A stretch of 64,000 nt of DNA from Actinomycetota bacterium. GTDB lineage: Bacteria; Actinomycetota; Actinomycetes; S36-B12; UBA10799. The notes under the pieces were generated by a model that did not search any database, was not told where the DNA came from, and saw only the letters and a program-made list of their open reading frames with translations. The position numbers were made by a program, and so were the translations under genes. The stretch covers positions 26,981 through 90,980 of the forward strand of contig CAUJEJ010000086.1 of assembly GCA_963169255.1 (NCBI GenBank), written 5' to 3'. Positions 30,394 through 42,409 of this stretch are shown here, one piece after another; within the stretch, counting starts at the first letter, position 1, and every line of letters starts with the position of its first letter.

Positions 30394-31848
30394 TCAGACC
30401 ACCAACGGACGAGCGGTCGGCGGGATTGGTGCCGGTAGGTTCGTTGAGCCCGTGAGGTACTCGTCGACACCCGCCGCCGCAGCGCGGCCTTCCGCGATCG
30501 CCCAAACAATCAGGCTTTGCCCGCGACCAGCGTCACCGGCCACGAAGACTCCATCGACGTTCGTGGCGTAGTTGCTCGCTCGCGCAATGTTGCCGCGCGC
30601 GTCGAGGTCCAGCCCCAACTGGTCAACGAGCGGGCCGCGTTCGGGGCCGGTAAAGCCCATCGCGAAGAAGACCAAGTCGGCTTTGAGGTGCTTGGTGCCA
30701 CCTTCGACTGGCTGGAACCGACCATCGACGAGTTCGACTTCAGCCAACTCGAGCGCGCCGACGCCGCCTTGACCGTTGTCGACGAATTTCGTCGTCGACA
30801 CGGCGTAGACCCGTTCGCCATTCTCTTCGTGCGCGGATGACACCCGGTAGGTCATCGGGTACGTCGGCCAGGGCTGGTTCTGTGGACGCTCCTCAGGGGG
30901 GCGCGGAAGGATCTCGAGCTGAGTGACGGAAGCCGCGCCTTGACGTGTCGCAGTGCCTAGACAGTCAGCACCGGTGTCGCCACCGCCGATCACCACCACG
31001 TGCTTTCCGGCGGCGTCAATTGCCGCAGTTGGGGTATCACCCTCCACAACCCGGTTTGCCAACGGCAAGTAGTCCATCGCCTGGTAGATGCCGGAGAGCT
31101 CACGTCCGGGAACAGGTAGGTCGCGGCGTTCAGTTGCTCCCACGGCGAGTACCACTGCGTCGTAGCGACGGCGTAAATCGTCGCCCGTCACATCGACGCC
31201 GACGCTCATTCCTGCACGGAACTTGACGCCCTCGGCTTCCATTTGTTGCAGGCGTCGGTTCAGATGGACCTTCTCCATCTTGAATTCCGGGATGCCGTAG
31301 CGCAGCAACCCACCAATACGGTCGTCCCGTTCGTACACAGCCACCGTGTGCCCCGCTCGTGCGAGTTGTTGCGCAGCGGCTAGTCCGGCTGGACCGGAAC
31401 CGACGACTGCGACGGTCTTGCCGGATAGTCGATCTGGCGGCTGAGGTTTTACCCAGCCTTCCTCCCATGCACGGTCGATAATCTCGACCTCGACCTGTTT
31501 GATCGTGACGGGGTTCTGGTTGATGCCAAGGACGCACGCAGTCTCACACGGTGCTGGGCACAACCTGCCGGTGAACTCTGGGAAGTTGTTCGTCGCGTGA
31601 AGCCGCTCGATTGCCTCTTCCCAATCGTCCTTCCAGACAAGGTCGTTCCACTCCGGGATGAGGTTCCCGAGCGGGCAGCCGTTGTGGCAGAAAGCGATAC
31701 CGCAGTCCATGCATCGGCCCGCTTGATCACGCACGTGCTCTGCTGGAAAGTCCTCGTAGACCTCTTTCCAGTCGCGAATCCGAACATCCACCGGGCGCCG
31801 TGTTGGCAACGCCCGGTCTCGCTTGAGAAAACCTCTGGGATCAGCCAC
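30394..31848 (-). CDS. gltD: glutamate synthase (NADPH) small subunit
   Basis: 484 aa with N-terminal Fe-S cysteines ([17 protein letters not shown]) and dinucleotide-binding motif [20 protein letters not shown]. The start overlaps the gltB 3' end by 8 nt. Confidence 0.95.
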   Translation of the reverse strand: MADPRGFLKRDRALPTRRPVDVRIRDWKEVYEDFPAEHVRDQAGRCMDCGIAFCHNGCPLGNLIPEWNDLVWKDDWEEAIERLHATNNFPEFTGRLCPAPCETACVLGINQNPVTIKQVEVEIIDRAWEEGWVKPQPPDRLSGKTVAVVGSGPAGLAAAQQLARAGHTVAVYERDDRIGGLLRYGIPEFKMEKVHLNRRLQQMEAEGVKFRAGMSVGVDVTGDDLRRRYDAVVLAVGATERRDLPVPGRELSGIYQAMDYLPLANRVVEGDTPTAAIDAAGKHVVVIGGGDTGADCLGTATRQGAASVTQLEILPRPPEERPQNQPWPTYPMTYRVSSAHEENGERVYAVSTTKFVDNGQGGVGALELAEVELVDGRFQPVEGGTKHLKADLVFFAMGFTGPERGPLVDQLGLDLDARGNIARASNYATNVDGVFVAGDAGRGQSLIVWAIAEGRAAAAGVDEYLTGSTNLPAPIPPTARPLVV

Positions 31849-34800
31849 GAGCTGCCTCCATAACTGCTTCGTCTACGTCTTCGCCAAGGCTCTCCGCCTT
31901 CGCAATTGCATTGAGGACTCGCTTGTAGTCCCGCGGCATAATTCGTTTGAATCTGCCGATACTCGCAGGCCAGTCTTCGAGCAACGCTGCAGCAACCGCC
32001 GAGCCTGTCTCAGCCGCGTGTTTGGCGACGGTCGCCTGCACAAACTCCACGTCGTCAGCAGTTAGTGCCTCGATGTCGACCATGTCGCGATTGACGACCT
32101 CTTCGTCGAGGTCGAGCAGGTACGCGATGCCACCGGACATTCCAGCGGCGACATTGCGGCCAACCTCGCCCAGCACGACAACGCGGCCACCGGTCATGTA
32201 CTCGCACAGGTGATCACCCGCGCCCTCAACAACAACTGTGGCACCAGAGTTGCGCACGCAGCACCGTTCGCCGACCTTGCCGCGAACGAAGATCTCGCCA
32301 TTGGTGGCTCCGTATGCGATCACGTTGCCAGCAATGATGTGGTCCTCAGCGACAAATGGTGCGCTCCGATCGGGGCGCACGATGAGGCGCCCGCCCGACA
32401 GACCCTTGCCGAGGTAGTCGTTGACGTCACCTTCGAGTCGCAAAGTGATGCCGTTTGGCACGAACGCACCAAGAGATTGACCGGCAGAACCGATGAACGT
32501 GATGTCGATGGTGTCCTGGGGCAGGCCTGCGGCCCCGTACCTCGACGTCACCTCGCTACCGAGCATCGTTCCGACGGTCCGGTTCACATTTCGAATGGGT
32601 ACCTGCACCCGAACCGGCTCGGCGTTCTCCAGAGCGTCGGCGCACATATCGATGAGCGACTTGTCGAGTGCCTTCTCGAGTCCATGATCCTGATCGACCA
32701 TGTGACGCAGCGCGGTTCCTTCGGGCACCTCGGGGCGGTGCAGGATCGGACTGACGTCCAAGCCTGACGCCTTCCAGTGATCGATGGCCTTGCGCGCATC
32801 GAGCATCTCGACTCGACCGATCGCTTCATCGAGCGTGCGGAATCCCAACTGCGCGAGCAGTTCCCGGACCTCTTCGGCAATGAACTCGAAGAAGTTCACG
32901 ACGTGCTCTGCCTTGCCGGCGAAACGCTCTCGCAAGACTGGGTTCTGCGTGGCGACGCCGACTGGACAGGTGTCGAGATGGCAGACCCGCATCATCACGC
33001 AGCCCATGACAACCAGCGGTGCAGTTGCAAATCCGTACTCTTCGGCACCCAACAAGGCCGCGATGACGACGTCGCGACCAGTCTTGAGTTGCCCGTCTGT
33101 CTGGATCACCACACGGTCACGTAGACCATTGATGAGCAGAGTCTGCTGAGTCTCGGCCAAGCCGAGTTCCCACGGCCCGCCAGCGTGCTTGAGGCTTGTC
33201 AGCGGAGAAGCCCCTGTGCCGCCATCGTGACCGGAGATCAGGATCACGTCCGCGTGCGCCTTCGCGACACCAGCAGCAACGGTTCCGACTCCAACTTCAC
33301 CTACGAGTTTCACGTGCACTCGTGCCTTGGGGTTGGCATTCTTTAGATCGTGGATCAGTTGCGCGAGATCCTCGATCGAGTAGATGTCGTGGTGCGGCGG
33401 CGGCGAGATCAGCCCGACACCTGGCGTCGAGTGCCTCGTCCGGGCAACCCATGGGTAGACCTTGTGGGCAGGAAGTTGTCCGCCCTCACCCGGCTTTGCG
33501 CCCTGAGCCATCTTGATTTGGATGTCGTCTGCGTTCACGAGGTAGTCGCTGGTAACACCAAACCGACCGGAGGCGACTTGCTTGATGGACGAACGCTTGG
33601 AATCGCCGTTGGCCATCGGAATGAAGCGTGCCGGGTCCTCGCCGCCCTCACCGGTATTGGACTTACCGCCGAGGCGGTTCATCGCAATGGCGAGTGTTTC
33701 GTGCGCCTCCTGCGAGATTGATCCGTAGGACATTGCACCGGTCGAGAACCGCTTGACAATCTCGCTCGCCGGTTCAACCTCATCAATGGAAATTGGCTCC
33801 CGCTTGCCATCGGCGAATTCGAACATTCCCCGAAGCGTCATCAACTGCTTGGACTGGTCATCAACGAGCGCGGAGTACTCCCGGAAGATGTCGAACTTCT
33901 TCTCACGCGTCGCGTGCTGCAAACGGAACACCGTGTCGGGATTGAACAGGTGCGGTTCGCCTTCGCGGCGCCACTGGTACTCCCCGCCCACAACCAAGCT
34001 GCGGTGTGCCGGCGGAATGCCGTTTGGCGGGTAGGCAATCCGATGGCGCGCGGCCACCTCTGCAGCGAGCACGTCAAGACCAACACCGCCAAGCTTGGAG
34101 GTGGTGCCGGTGAAGTACTTGTCGATGACTTCCGACGACAGCCCGATCGATTCGAATACCTGTGCGCCGCGGTAGGACGCGACCGTCGAGATGCCCATCT
34201 TGCTCATGACCTTGAGGACACCCTTGCCAAGCGCCTTCACAAGATTGCGCACAGCGGTGGCGGAGTCAACACCCTCGATGTTGTGGTGACGGACCATGTC
34301 TTCCACGGTTTCCATCGCCAGGTATGGGTTCACCGCGGCAGCGCCGTAGCCAATGAGCAACGCAACATGGTGAACTTCACGAACGTCTCCGGCCTCAACC
34401 GTGAGACTCACCTTGGTCCGTCGCTTTGTCCGAACGAGGTGGTGATGTGCTGCACCGGTGGCAAGCAGCGACGGAATCGGCGCGAGATCCGCATCGCTGT
34501 CGCGGTCAGACAACACGATGAACTCGACGCCACGATCTACCAAGTCGTCGATCTCGCCGCAGATTTCCTCCAGCCGCCGCTCGAGACCCGCTGCGCCATC
34601 CTCGACGCGGTAGAGCATCGAGACCTTCGCTGCGCTGTATGGCGTATCGCCGTCTGCATCGATGTGCAAGATCTTTGCGAGTTCGTCGTTGTCGATCACG
34701 GGAAAGCTGAGCACGATCTGCGCGCAGTGCCCGGGCCCCGCATCCAGGAGGTTGAGCTCACGCCCAATCGTTGTGCTCAGCGAGGTCACAATCTCTTCGC

Positions 34801-36382
34801 GAATCGCGTCCAACGGCGGGTTCGTAACCTGTGCGAACAGTTGCGCGAAGTAGTCAAAGAGCAGTCTCGGGCGCGATGAAAGCGCCGCGATCGGGGTGTC
34901 CGTACCCATCGAGCCGAGAGGCTCTAACCCGGTACGCGCCATCGGCGACAACAGGATCCGCAACTCCTCCTCGGAGTACCCGAATGCCTGTTGACGGCGA
35001 AGCACAGACGTATGCGTGTGCACGATGTGCTCGCGATCAGGAATGTCCTCAAGATGGAGCAGTCCCTCATCAAGCCACTCTTGGTACGGGTGTTCCGCCG
35101 CCAACTCCGCCTTGATCTCGTCGTCCTCAACGACGCGCCCGTTGACGGTATCGACGAGGAACATTCGACCTGGCTGCAATCGACCCTTGCGCACGACAGT
35201 GGCCGGATCCAACTCAAGCACACCGGCTTCGGACCCGAGCACCACGAGCCCGTCGTCGGTAATCCAGAACCGGCCGGGGCGCAGCCCGTTACGGTCCAGC
35301 ACTGCGCCGATGAGGTCGCCGTCAGTGAACGAGACGCTCGCGGGTCCGTCCCACGGCTCCATCAGCGTCGAGTGGTACTCGTAGAACGCGCGGCGCGCGG
35401 GGTCCATCGACACGTGGTTCTCCCACGCCTCCGGGATCATCATCAGCACCGAGTGAGGCAGGCTTCGCCCGCCGAGATAGAGCAGTTCCAGAACTTCGTC
35501 GAAGCTCGCCGAGTCGCTGCCAGCTGGCGTGCAGATCGGGAAGAGACGATCAAGGTCGCCGGGAATCAGTTCGCTCGCCAGCATCGCTTCGCGTGCGGTC
35601 ATCCAATTTCGGTTGCCCTTGACCGTGTTGATTTCGCCGTTGTGGGCGATGTAGCGGAAAGGATGCGCCAACGGCCAACTCGGGAAGGTATTCGTGGAGA
35701 ACCGCGAGTGCACAAGTCCCAGCGCTGACGTGAACCGCTGATCCGACAGATCCGGGAAGAACGGCTCGAGTTGTCCGGTGGTGAGCATGCCCTTGTAGAC
35801 CAAGGTGCGCGAGCTCAGGGACGGAAAGTAGACGCCCGTCTCGCGCTCGGCTCGCTTGCGGACGCAGTACGCCAATCGTTCAAGCTCGAGGCCAACAATC
35901 GCGGCACCGTCGGTTGATTCAGCAGTCAAGAACAGTTGTCGGAAGTTCGGCTCAACCGACGCGGCTGTCGCACCTACTAGACCATCGGTCGTTGGGACAT
36001 CGCGCCATCCGAGCAGTGTCATGCCCTCTTGCTCAGCAATGGCCTCGATCGTCGCCACCGCGCCCTGCGCCTCTTGCGAATCCGCCGGCAGGAAGGCAGT
36101 TCCAACCACGTACTCGCCTCGGCCGGGCAGTTCAAACTCAACGACTGCGCGGAAGAACTCATCAGGAATTTGCACCAGGATGCCCGCGCCGTCACCGGTA
36201 TCAACCTCAGCGCCAGACGCGCCACGGTGGTCGAGGTTCCGCAGTGCCGTGAGTGCCTTGTCCACGATGTCGTGGCTTGGCACACCAGTGAGTGTGGCAA
36301 CAAAAGCGACACCACATGCGTCGTGCTCGAAGCGTGGATCGTAGAGCCCAGATTCGGCTGGAACCGTGCTAAATGCGGTCAC
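31841..36382 (-). CDS. gltB: glutamate synthase large subunit
   Basis: About 1510 aa with the Ntn-amidotransferase Cys in [10 protein letters not shown], plus FMN/3Fe-4S and GXGXG domains. Start set at GTG 36382 because AGGAGG (36391-36396) lies 8 nt upstream. The ORF-track ATG 36412 lies upstream of that SD. Confidence 0.97.
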   Translation of the reverse strand: MTAFSTVPAESGLYDPRFEHDACGVAFVATLTGVPSHDIVDKALTALRNLDHRGASGAEVDTGDGAGILVQIPDEFFRAVVEFELPGRGEYVVGTAFLPADSQEAQGAVATIEAIAEQEGMTLLGWRDVPTTDGLVGATAASVEPNFRQLFLTAESTDGAAIVGLELERLAYCVRKRAERETGVYFPSLSSRTLVYKGMLTTGQLEPFFPDLSDQRFTSALGLVHSRFSTNTFPSWPLAHPFRYIAHNGEINTVKGNRNWMTAREAMLASELIPGDLDRLFPICTPAGSDSASFDEVLELLYLGGRSLPHSVLMMIPEAWENHVSMDPARRAFYEYHSTLMEPWDGPASVSFTDGDLIGAVLDRNGLRPGRFWITDDGLVVLGSEAGVLELDPATVVRKGRLQPGRMFLVDTVNGRVVEDDEIKAELAAEHPYQEWLDEGLLHLEDIPDREHIVHTHTSVLRRQQAFGYSEEELRILLSPMARTGLEPLGSMGTDTPIAALSSRPRLLFDYFAQLFAQVTNPPLDAIREEIVTSLSTTIGRELNLLDAGPGHCAQIVLSFPVIDNDELAKILHIDADGDTPYSAAKVSMLYRVEDGAAGLERRLEEICGEIDDLVDRGVEFIVLSDRDSDADLAPIPSLLATGAAHHHLVRTKRRTKVSLTVEAGDVREVHHVALLIGYGAAAVNPYLAMETVEDMVRHHNIEGVDSATAVRNLVKALGKGVLKVMSKMGISTVASYRGAQVFESIGLSSEVIDKYFTGTTSKLGGVGLDVLAAEVAARHRIAYPPNGIPPAHRSLVVGGEYQWRREGEPHLFNPDTVFRLQHATREKKFDIFREYSALVDDQSKQLMTLRGMFEFADGKREPISIDEVEPASEIVKRFSTGAMSYGSISQEAHETLAIAMNRLGGKSNTGEGGEDPARFIPMANGDSKRSSIKQVASGRFGVTSDYLVNADDIQIKMAQGAKPGEGGQLPAHKVYPWVARTRHSTPGVGLISPPPHHDIYSIEDLAQLIHDLKNANPKARVHVKLVGEVGVGTVAAGVAKAHADVILISGHDGGTGASPLTSLKHAGGPWELGLAETQQTLLINGLRDRVVIQTDGQLKTGRDVVIAALLGAEEYGFATAPLVVMGCVMMRVCHLDTCPVGVATQNPVLRERFAGKAEHVVNFFEFIAEEVRELLAQLGFRTLDEAIGRVEMLDARKAIDHWKASGLDVSPILHRPEVPEGTALRHMVDQDHGLEKALDKSLIDMCADALENAEPVRVQVPIRNVNRTVGTMLGSEVTSRYGAAGLPQDTIDITFIGSAGQSLGAFVPNGITLRLEGDVNDYLGKGLSGGRLIVRPDRSAPFVAEDHIIAGNVIAYGATNGEIFVRGKVGERCCVRNSGATVVVEGAGDHLCEYMTGGRVVVLGEVGRNVAAGMSGGIAYLLDLDEEVVNRDMVDIEALTADDVEFVQATVAKHAAETGSAVAAALLEDWPASIGRFKRIMPRDYKRVLNAIAKAESLGEDVDEAVMEAARG

Positions 36383-36629
36383 GTCGACTTCCTCCTGTCC
36401 GGTGCAGACCACTGCTCCGAAAGTTCAACTCGAACCTCGGTGCAAGCGGCTGCCGCGTGGGGTGTTTCGCACGCCAAGCTATGAACTCCGATCCACCCAG
36501 CTCCGTAGAGCTGACGCCGACCGGCGCCCAGAATGCATGCTTGTACGTTGGCTGTGGGACGACGTTGGCCCAACTGCGCTCGTGAAGTGTATCCCCTGCC
36601 ATCCACGTCGGACGAACGCGATTCGCGAA

Positions 36630-37505
36630 CTACACGCTTGTGGCAGTGTGAGGTTCGCCCTTCTTCGGTTCCTCGCGGTACACCGACGCTTCTCGACCCG
36701 GGCGAAGCCGGGCGCTAATCACAAAGTAGGTCAGAGCCGCCAACGCGACGAAGATCGACGTAAAGACGTTGATCCGGACACCAAATACCAACGTGGCGTT
36801 ATCGATTCGCACCAATTCGAACACCAGGCGCCCGATGCAATACGAGAACACGTAGAGCGCAAAGACGCGGCCGTGACCGAGTTGGAACCGACGATCTGCC
36901 CAGATAACCACTGCGGCAACCAAGACGCACCAGGCAGACTCGTAGAGGAACGTCGCATGGAATGTCTCGTACTGCTCGTAGCCAGCTGGTCGATGGATCG
37001 GATCAATCTGCAATCCCCACGGCAGCGTCGTCGGGCTACCGAACAATTCCTGATTGAACCAGTTCCCCCATCTACCAATTGCCTGCGCAAGTGCGACACC
37101 GGGAGCGATCGCGTCAGCGACGGGCGGCAGCAATACGCCCGAACGCCGACACGCAATCCACGCTCCGAGTGCGCCACCTAGGACCGCGCCCCAAATTCCC
37201 AGACCGCCCTGCCACAACTTCGCTGCGGCGGCCAAGCCCAGTCCGTCAGGTCCGAAGTACGTCGAGTAGTCGGTTGCGACGTGGTAAAGCCTCGCCCCGA
37301 CAATCCCGAACGGCACTGCCCACAGCGCGGCATCAGTAATGAACCCCGCTTTGCCGCCCCGTTCGGCGAACCTGCGATTGCCCAGCCAAACCGCGACCAC
37401 AATTCCGAGCAGGATGCACAGGGCGTAGGCCCGGACCGGAACCGGTCCGAGGTTCCACACACCCGACGACGGGCTCGGGATGAATCCCAAGGTGCCGATG
37501 CTCAC
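36630..37505 (-). CDS. lgt: prolipoprotein diacylglyceryl transferase
   Basis: 291 aa, polytopic, with motif GRWGNWFNQELFG. GTG start 6 nt after the DsbA-like stop. Confidence 0.93.
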   Translation of the reverse strand: MSIGTLGFIPSPSSGVWNLGPVPVRAYALCILLGIVVAVWLGNRRFAERGGKAGFITDAALWAVPFGIVGARLYHVATDYSTYFGPDGLGLAAAAKLWQGGLGIWGAVLGGALGAWIACRRSGVLLPPVADAIAPGVALAQAIGRWGNWFNQELFGSPTTLPWGLQIDPIHRPAGYEQYETFHATFLYESAWCVLVAAVVIWADRRFQLGHGRVFALYVFSYCIGRLVFELVRIDNATLVFGVRINVFTSIFVALAALTYFVISARLRPGREASVYREEPKKGEPHTATSV

Positions 37506-37511
37506 AACCTG

Positions 37512-38318
37512 CTACGACTTCGCTGCCTGTTCGATCGCGGGCAGTAGCACTGCTGGATCGTAGATGTTGATGTTCTTGTTCGGCAGTTCCTTGCCGTTCA
37601 CGAAGATCGACGGAGTACTTGAAACGCCAGCCGCGTCGAACTGCGCATTGCTATTTGCTGCCCATGTGTTGTATTTCGCCGAGTTCACGCAGGACTCAAA
37701 GGTCGTATATGCCTCGCCGGTGATACCCACTTTGGTACCGAGAGCAAGCATCTGCTGGTTGGTGAAACCGGGCGAACCTACGGTCTCTTCGGCCGGCTGC
37801 TCAGCAAAGATGCCCTCGTGGAACTCCAACGTCTTGCCGGCATCAATCGCGCAACCCCAAGCATTGGTCGCTGTCAGCGAACCGGAGTTCTGGAGGTTCT
37901 TGTCCATGAAGATGCCAGGCTGCCACTGGAGATTAATCTTGCCTGCCTGAGCCTCGGCGATGAGCGCGCGACCTGAGGTCTCTTCAAGGCGCTTGCAGAA
38001 CGGGCATTGGAAGTCTTCGTAGATCTTGACGGTCGGGATACCGGCAGGCGTATTTGCAACAGCCGTCACGTAGTACTCAGAGGTGCTCACTCCGGTAGGG
38101 GTTGCTCCACCGTCATCAGGGGTCGGTGTCCCACCGTTCGCACTGGTGTTGTTCTTCGAGAACATGTAAGCGCCACCGATGATGCCCACAACAACAATGA
38201 CGACGACGAGTCCGCCAATAATGCGGATCATGCGTTCACGGCGACGCTCCGCGGCCTGCTGGGCTGCGCGTGCTTCCGCAGCCTTCTGCCGAGCATCCTT
38301 CTTGGACTCATCCGCCAT
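37512..38318 (-). CDS. membrane-anchored DsbA-family thiol:disulfide oxidoreductase
   Basis: Start set at ATG 38318 (AAGGGAA upstream). Charged N-terminus, one TM helix (IIGGLVVVIVVVGIIGGAYMF), and a thioredoxin fold with the redox motif CPFC in YEDFQCPFCKRLE. Confidence 0.8.
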   Translation of the reverse strand: MADESKKDARQKAAEARAAQQAAERRRERMIRIIGGLVVVIVVVGIIGGAYMFSKNNTSANGGTPTPDDGGATPTGVSTSEYYVTAVANTPAGIPTVKIYEDFQCPFCKRLEETSGRALIAEAQAGKINLQWQPGIFMDKNLQNSGSLTATNAWGCAIDAGKTLEFHEGIFAEQPAEETVGSPGFTNQQMLALGTKVGITGEAYTTFESCVNSAKYNTWAANSNAQFDAAGVSSTPSIFVNGKELPNKNINIYDPAVLLPAIEQAAKS

Positions 38319-38398
38319 CTGTGGTTCCCTTGTTCGTGCCGCATGCACCAAGTAGGTTTGGCGCTAGACCGGCGTGACCAATGCAATTGGACCAAACT

Positions 38399-38950
38399 CT
38401 AACTGCCCGGCTTCTGCTCCTCGTCAGCGAAACCCTCGGAGCTTTCGAAATCCTTACCTTCGCCAAGCGAATCGTGAGTCTTGCGAGGAGGTTCTAGTCC
38501 AAGGCGAGTTCGTGGCCAGGCCACCAAAAACACCGCCATCAGGACGAACAATGAGTCACGAATGATCTCGGTGAGGTATCTGGTGTCAACGTCGTCGGCC
38601 GTGACGTCACCTCCTCCTCCAAAACACCCGCAGTCGATCGAGAATCCGCGCGCCCACACGCTTGCAATTCCGACAACAAATCCGAGCATCAGCAGCGCGG
38701 TCACCAGTGCTGCCCAGCGGGTAAACAGCCCTACAAGCAGCAGTAGCGCGAGAAGCACTTCGACAACTGGCAGTGCGTATCCGAGGAAGCCTGCCCAATC
38801 CGGCGGGAACACCCGGTACGCCAGAATCGCCCGCTTAGCGCCTTCGTCTTCGAACAACTTGATGAGCCCGGCGTACCCGAGGACGCCCGCCAGAATGAGC
38901 CGAAAAGCGAGTCCGATCCAGGGCGCGATTGTGTTCCGGAAGGCACTCAC
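38399..38950 (-). CDS. MauE/DoxX-family redox-associated membrane protein
   Basis: 183 aa with four hydrophobic helices and the characteristic Cys pair in SIDCGCFGGGG. The GTG start overlaps the trpA stop (GTGA at 38947-38950). Confidence 0.75.
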   Translation of the reverse strand: MSAFRNTIAPWIGLAFRLILAGVLGYAGLIKLFEDEGAKRAILAYRVFPPDWAGFLGYALPVVEVLLALLLLVGLFTRWAALVTALLMLGFVVGIASVWARGFSIDCGCFGGGGDVTADDVDTRYLTEIIRDSLFVLMAVFLVAWPRTRLGLEPPRKTHDSLGEGKDFESSEGFADEEQKPGS

Positions 38951-39762
38951 AGGACGTTCGCTGACGACTTCCCTCTCACCCCGGTCGCAAGTTCGGCCGC
39001 GAGGGCCGCAACTGCTTGAGCGCCAGCGCTGGGCGTTGGAGCATCCAGCAGAGCCTTGACGAACGCGGAGCCCACAATCACACCGTCGGCATATTGCGCG
39101 ACGTCAGCAGCTTGGGCTCCGGTAGATACCCCAAGGCCTACACACACCGGCAGAGACGTGGACTCTCGAACACGGGCGACAAGTTTCGGCGCCATCGAGG
39201 AAACCGAAGTCCGCGCGCCGGTGACACCCATGGTCGACGCCGCGTAGACAAATCCCGAGCATGTTTGAGCGACTAAGTCGATGCGCGCGGAACTCGATGA
39301 CGGCGCCACGAGGAAGACACGATCGATTCCGTGTTCGTCGGTTGCCTCGATCCAGGGACCGGCTTCTTCCGGGGTCAGATCGGGGGTAATGACACCACAG
39401 CCGCCGGCCGCAGCCAATTCCGACGCGAAGCGTTGTACGCCATAGCGCTCGATCGGGTTCCAGTACGACATCACCAACGTCGGGGCACCCGTGCTCGCCA
39501 CGCCCGCCACGTTCGCCATCACGTCGCCGATACGCGTACCAGCCCGCAACGACGCATCGACTGCCGCTTGGATGACCGGCCCATCCATCAGGGGGTCGCT
39601 GTACGGCAGCCCGATCTCGACGGCGTCGACCCCGTTTTCGACCATCGCTGCAATGACTGGAACGCAGTCAATGTGGGAAGGGAATCCCGCTGGCAAATAC
39701 GCAATCAACGCTGCGCGATTGTCTGCCTTCGCCGCTGCGAAGGTCTCTGCAAGGTGACTCAT
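38947..39762 (-). CDS. trpA: tryptophan synthase alpha chain
   Basis: Start reset to ATG 39762 ([12 protein letters not shown]), an ATGA overlap with the trpB stop. Motif [18 protein letters not shown] is present. Confidence 0.95.
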   Translation of the reverse strand: MSHLAETFAAAKADNRAALIAYLPAGFPSHIDCVPVIAAMVENGVDAVEIGLPYSDPLMDGPVIQAAVDASLRAGTRIGDVMANVAGVASTGAPTLVMSYWNPIERYGVQRFASELAAAGGCGVITPDLTPEEAGPWIEATDEHGIDRVFLVAPSSSSARIDLVAQTCSGFVYAASTMGVTGARTSVSSMAPKLVARVRESTSLPVCVGLGVSTGAQAADVAQYADGVIVGSAFVKALLDAPTPSAGAQAVAALAAELATGVRGKSSANVL

Positions 39763-41000
39763 ACCGCGCCCTCCGCTCCCGTATCGACGAGGTTGAACCA
39801 CTTAGCGGCCGTAGCCACATCCTTATCGCCGCGGCCCGAGAGGTTGACCAAGATGAGTGCCTCCGGCCCGAGTCGCTTGCCGAGCCGAATCGCGCCCGCA
39901 ACGGCATGCGCAGACTCGATCGCAGGAATGATCCCCTCAGTTCGGCTCAGCAGTGAGAACGCGTCCATCGCTTCGACATCGGTGACCGATTCGTAGGTGG
40001 CCTTGCCGGAGTCGCGCAGCCATGAGTGTTCAGGTCCCACAGACGGATAGTCGAGCCCGGCGCTAATCGAGTGGGACTCAATCGTTTGACCTTCGTCATC
40101 CTGGAGCAGGTACGAACGAGCGCCGTGCAGGACCCCAGGCGAACCCACGCTCAACTTCGCCGCGTGCCTACCCGATTCAATACCGTCACCGCCGGCTTCG
40201 AAGCCGTAAAGCGCCACACCGGCATCGTCACGAAACGCATGGAAAATCCCAATCGCGTTACTTCCGCCTCCGACGCACGCAGCAACAACATCGGGCAGCC
40301 GTCCGGTCAACTCAAGAGTTTGAGCACGTGCTTCTCGCCCAATCACGCTGTGAAAATTGCGAACCATCTCGGGGAACGGCGCAGGCCCGGCCACCGTTCC
40401 TAATAGGTAGTGCGTGCGGTCAACGTTCGTCACCCAATCTCGCATCGCCTCATTGATCGCGTCTTTGAGCGTGCGACTACCAGCGGTGACCGGAACGACT
40501 GTGGCTCCGAGCAGCTGCATACGTGCAACATTGAGCGCCTGGCGCGCGGTGTCTTCCTCCCCCATGTAGACGACACACTCAAGGTCCAGCAGGGCTGCGG
40601 CCGTCGCAGTCGCGACTCCATGTTGACCAGCGCCGGTCTCGGCGATGACACGCGTCTTCCCCATTCGCTTCGTCAACAGGGCTTGACCGAGGACGTTGTT
40701 TATCTTGTGAGAACCCGTGTGGTTCAAGTCCTCGCGCTTGAGCAAGATGCGCGCGCCGCCAGCGTGGGCGCGCAAGTTCGTCGCGTCCGTGACCGGATTC
40801 GGCCTGCCTGTGTAGGTCCGCTGCAGGTACTCGAATTCTGCCGTGAAGTCTGGGTCGATGATCGCCGCACGATACGCGGCATCGAGTTCTTCAAGCGCGG
40901 CCATAAGCGCTTCAGGAACAAAACGCCCCCCGTAGATTCCAAACCGACCCGCAACGTCTGGAACCGTCGTCGCACTGCCATTCGTAAGATGTTCGGTCAC
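39759..41000 (-). CDS. trpB: tryptophan synthase beta chain
   Basis: 413 aa with PLP-lysine motif [11 protein letters not shown] and GGGSNAIG. Confidence 0.97.
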   Translation of the reverse strand: MTEHLTNGSATTVPDVAGRFGIYGGRFVPEALMAALEELDAAYRAAIIDPDFTAEFEYLQRTYTGRPNPVTDATNLRAHAGGARILLKREDLNHTGSHKINNVLGQALLTKRMGKTRVIAETGAGQHGVATATAAALLDLECVVYMGEEDTARQALNVARMQLLGATVVPVTAGSRTLKDAINEAMRDWVTNVDRTHYLLGTVAGPAPFPEMVRNFHSVIGREARAQTLELTGRLPDVVAACVGGGSNAIGIFHAFRDDAGVALYGFEAGGDGIESGRHAAKLSVGSPGVLHGARSYLLQDDEGQTIESHSISAGLDYPSVGPEHSWLRDSGKATYESVTDVEAMDAFSLLSRTEGIIPAIESAHAVAGAIRLGKRLGPEALILVNLSGRGDKDVATAAKWFNLVDTGAEGAV

Positions 41001-41010
41001 TGACTTCTCT

Positions 41011-41820
41011 CTAATCCCGAGGGTGTTTCACGGCCGGGTGGGCGCCGGCCGCAACCATCTCGTGCACGGCGGCGCGTGGATCGTTACCGGTAACGAGCGC
41101 TTCTCCGACCAGTACCGCATCAGCACCTGCGCCCGCATATGCCACCAGGTCGCGGGGGCCACGGACACCTGATTCCGCAACAAGCACCACATCCGAGGAC
41201 ACACCTTTTGCAACCCGAGCGAAGACACTGCGGTCGACCTCGAGCGTCTTCAGGTTCCGAGCGTTGATTCCGATGAGCTTGGCACCGGCAGCCAACGCGC
41301 GGTCTCGTTCGAGTTCGTCATGGACCTCAACCAACGCCGTCATCCCGAGGGACTCAGTCCGTTCAATCAGCGAGATGAGCGCCTGCTCATCGAGTGACGC
41401 GACGATGAGCAAAGCGAGGTCGGCGCCGTACGCCCGCGCTTCCCAAAGTTGATACGACGTGACGATGAAATCCTTGCGCAGGATCGGAATCTCGACCGCG
41501 GCCCGAACTGCAGCGAGGTCTTCGAGGGAACCTTGAAACCGGCGACGTTCGGTAAGCACAGATACCACTGACGCGCCGCCCGCTTCGTACGCAGACGCGA
41601 GCGAGGCCGGGTCGGGGATGTCGGCGAGTTCACCCTTGCTTGGACTTGCGCGCTTCACCTCGGCAATCAGCGAGACTCCATCGCTACGTAGTGCCGTCAA
41701 ACCATCGCGCGGTTTGGGTGCAGCTGCTGCACGTTCCTTTAGCTCGTCTAGGGGCACCGAGCTCTGACGCAACGCGAGGTCTTCGCGGACGCCAGCAACA
41801 ATCTCCTCGAGCACAGTCAC
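41011..41820 (-). CDS. trpC: indole-3-glycerol phosphate synthase
   Basis: 269 aa with motifs [12 protein letters not shown] and [11 protein letters not shown] start with no obvious SD; an in-frame TAA lies 3 codons upstream. Confidence 0.95.
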   Translation of the reverse strand: MTVLEEIVAGVREDLALRQSSVPLDELKERAAAAPKPRDGLTALRSDGVSLIAEVKRASPSKGELADIPDPASLASAYEAGGASVVSVLTERRRFQGSLEDLAAVRAAVEIPILRKDFIVTSYQLWEARAYGADLALLIVASLDEQALISLIERTESLGMTALVEVHDELERDRALAAGAKLIGINARNLKTLEVDRSVFARVAKGVSSDVVLVAESGVRGPRDLVAYAGAGADAVLVGEALVTGNDPRAAVHEMVAAGAHPAVKHPRD

Positions 41821-41917
41821 GTTATGAGCTTAGCGACAACCAAAGTTTGCCGTCGCCCCGCATTCGTTGGATCAGCACGTATCAATCCATGGACGGAACT
41901 GTCCGGCGCCACATTGG

Positions 41918-42409
41918 TCAACCGATGCCGCTTGGGAAGTACCCAACTCCAGGGATGTTCCGCAAGATCGTAAAGATGACGGTGAACACGATCATGGTGA
42001 CTATGAGCGCTCGGACCGCCGCTGCCCGGTTCAAAGATGCGGACGCGGCAGCGTCAGCGGAGTTTGAGGTTGACCGAACCGGATCTGACTCGCCGTCCCC
42101 TCGCCAAAGCGATACCAGCGCAAACACCGCCCAGATCGCCACCATCGGCAGGACCAGGACAGCGAGTAGGTTTTGGTCCATCGCAGCACCCACGTCGCCG
42201 TTCATCAGTGAGTAGACGCAGCGAAGTCCACCGCACGCTGGGCAATCGATGCCGGTGGCGTACTTCAACGGGCAAAACGGGTAGCCACCGTTGTTTGGGT
42301 CAACTGCGCGGATATAGAAAGCGGCGCCGACCGCAATCGCGGCACCGGCCACTGGCCAGGCCATCCGCCGCAACCGGGAGGGTGGCTTCTGCGTCGTCAA
42401 CACGCTCAT
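41918..42409 (-). CDS. DUF2752-like membrane protein (CPx8CPxCG motif)
   Basis: Start reset to ATG 42409, an ATGA overlap with the upstream gene's stop (42406-42409). Motif GYPFCPLKYATGIDCPACGGLR is followed by hydrophobic helices. Confidence 0.7.
   Translation of the reverse strand: MSVLTTQKPPSRLRRMAWPVAGAAIAVGAAFYIRAVDPNNGGYPFCPLKYATGIDCPACGGLRCVYSLMNGDVGAAMDQNLLAVLVLPMVAIWAVFALVSLWRGDGESDPVRSTSNSADAAASASLNRAAAVRALIVTMIVFTVIFTILRNIPGVGYFPSGIG

Noticed and set aside
36428-36436. GGTTCGAGT (minus strand), reminiscent of a tRNA T-loop, in the lgt-gltB gap.
   Set aside because: The flanking sequence cannot be folded into T-stem, acceptor or anticodon arms. It is an isolated motif only.
36369-36606. 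Two overlapping 75-77-aa minus-strand ORFs in the gltB upstream region.
   Set aside because: Neither has an SD, and both run across the gltB ribosome-binding site and start codon. Their composition is unremarkable. They cannot be supported without conservation or expression data.
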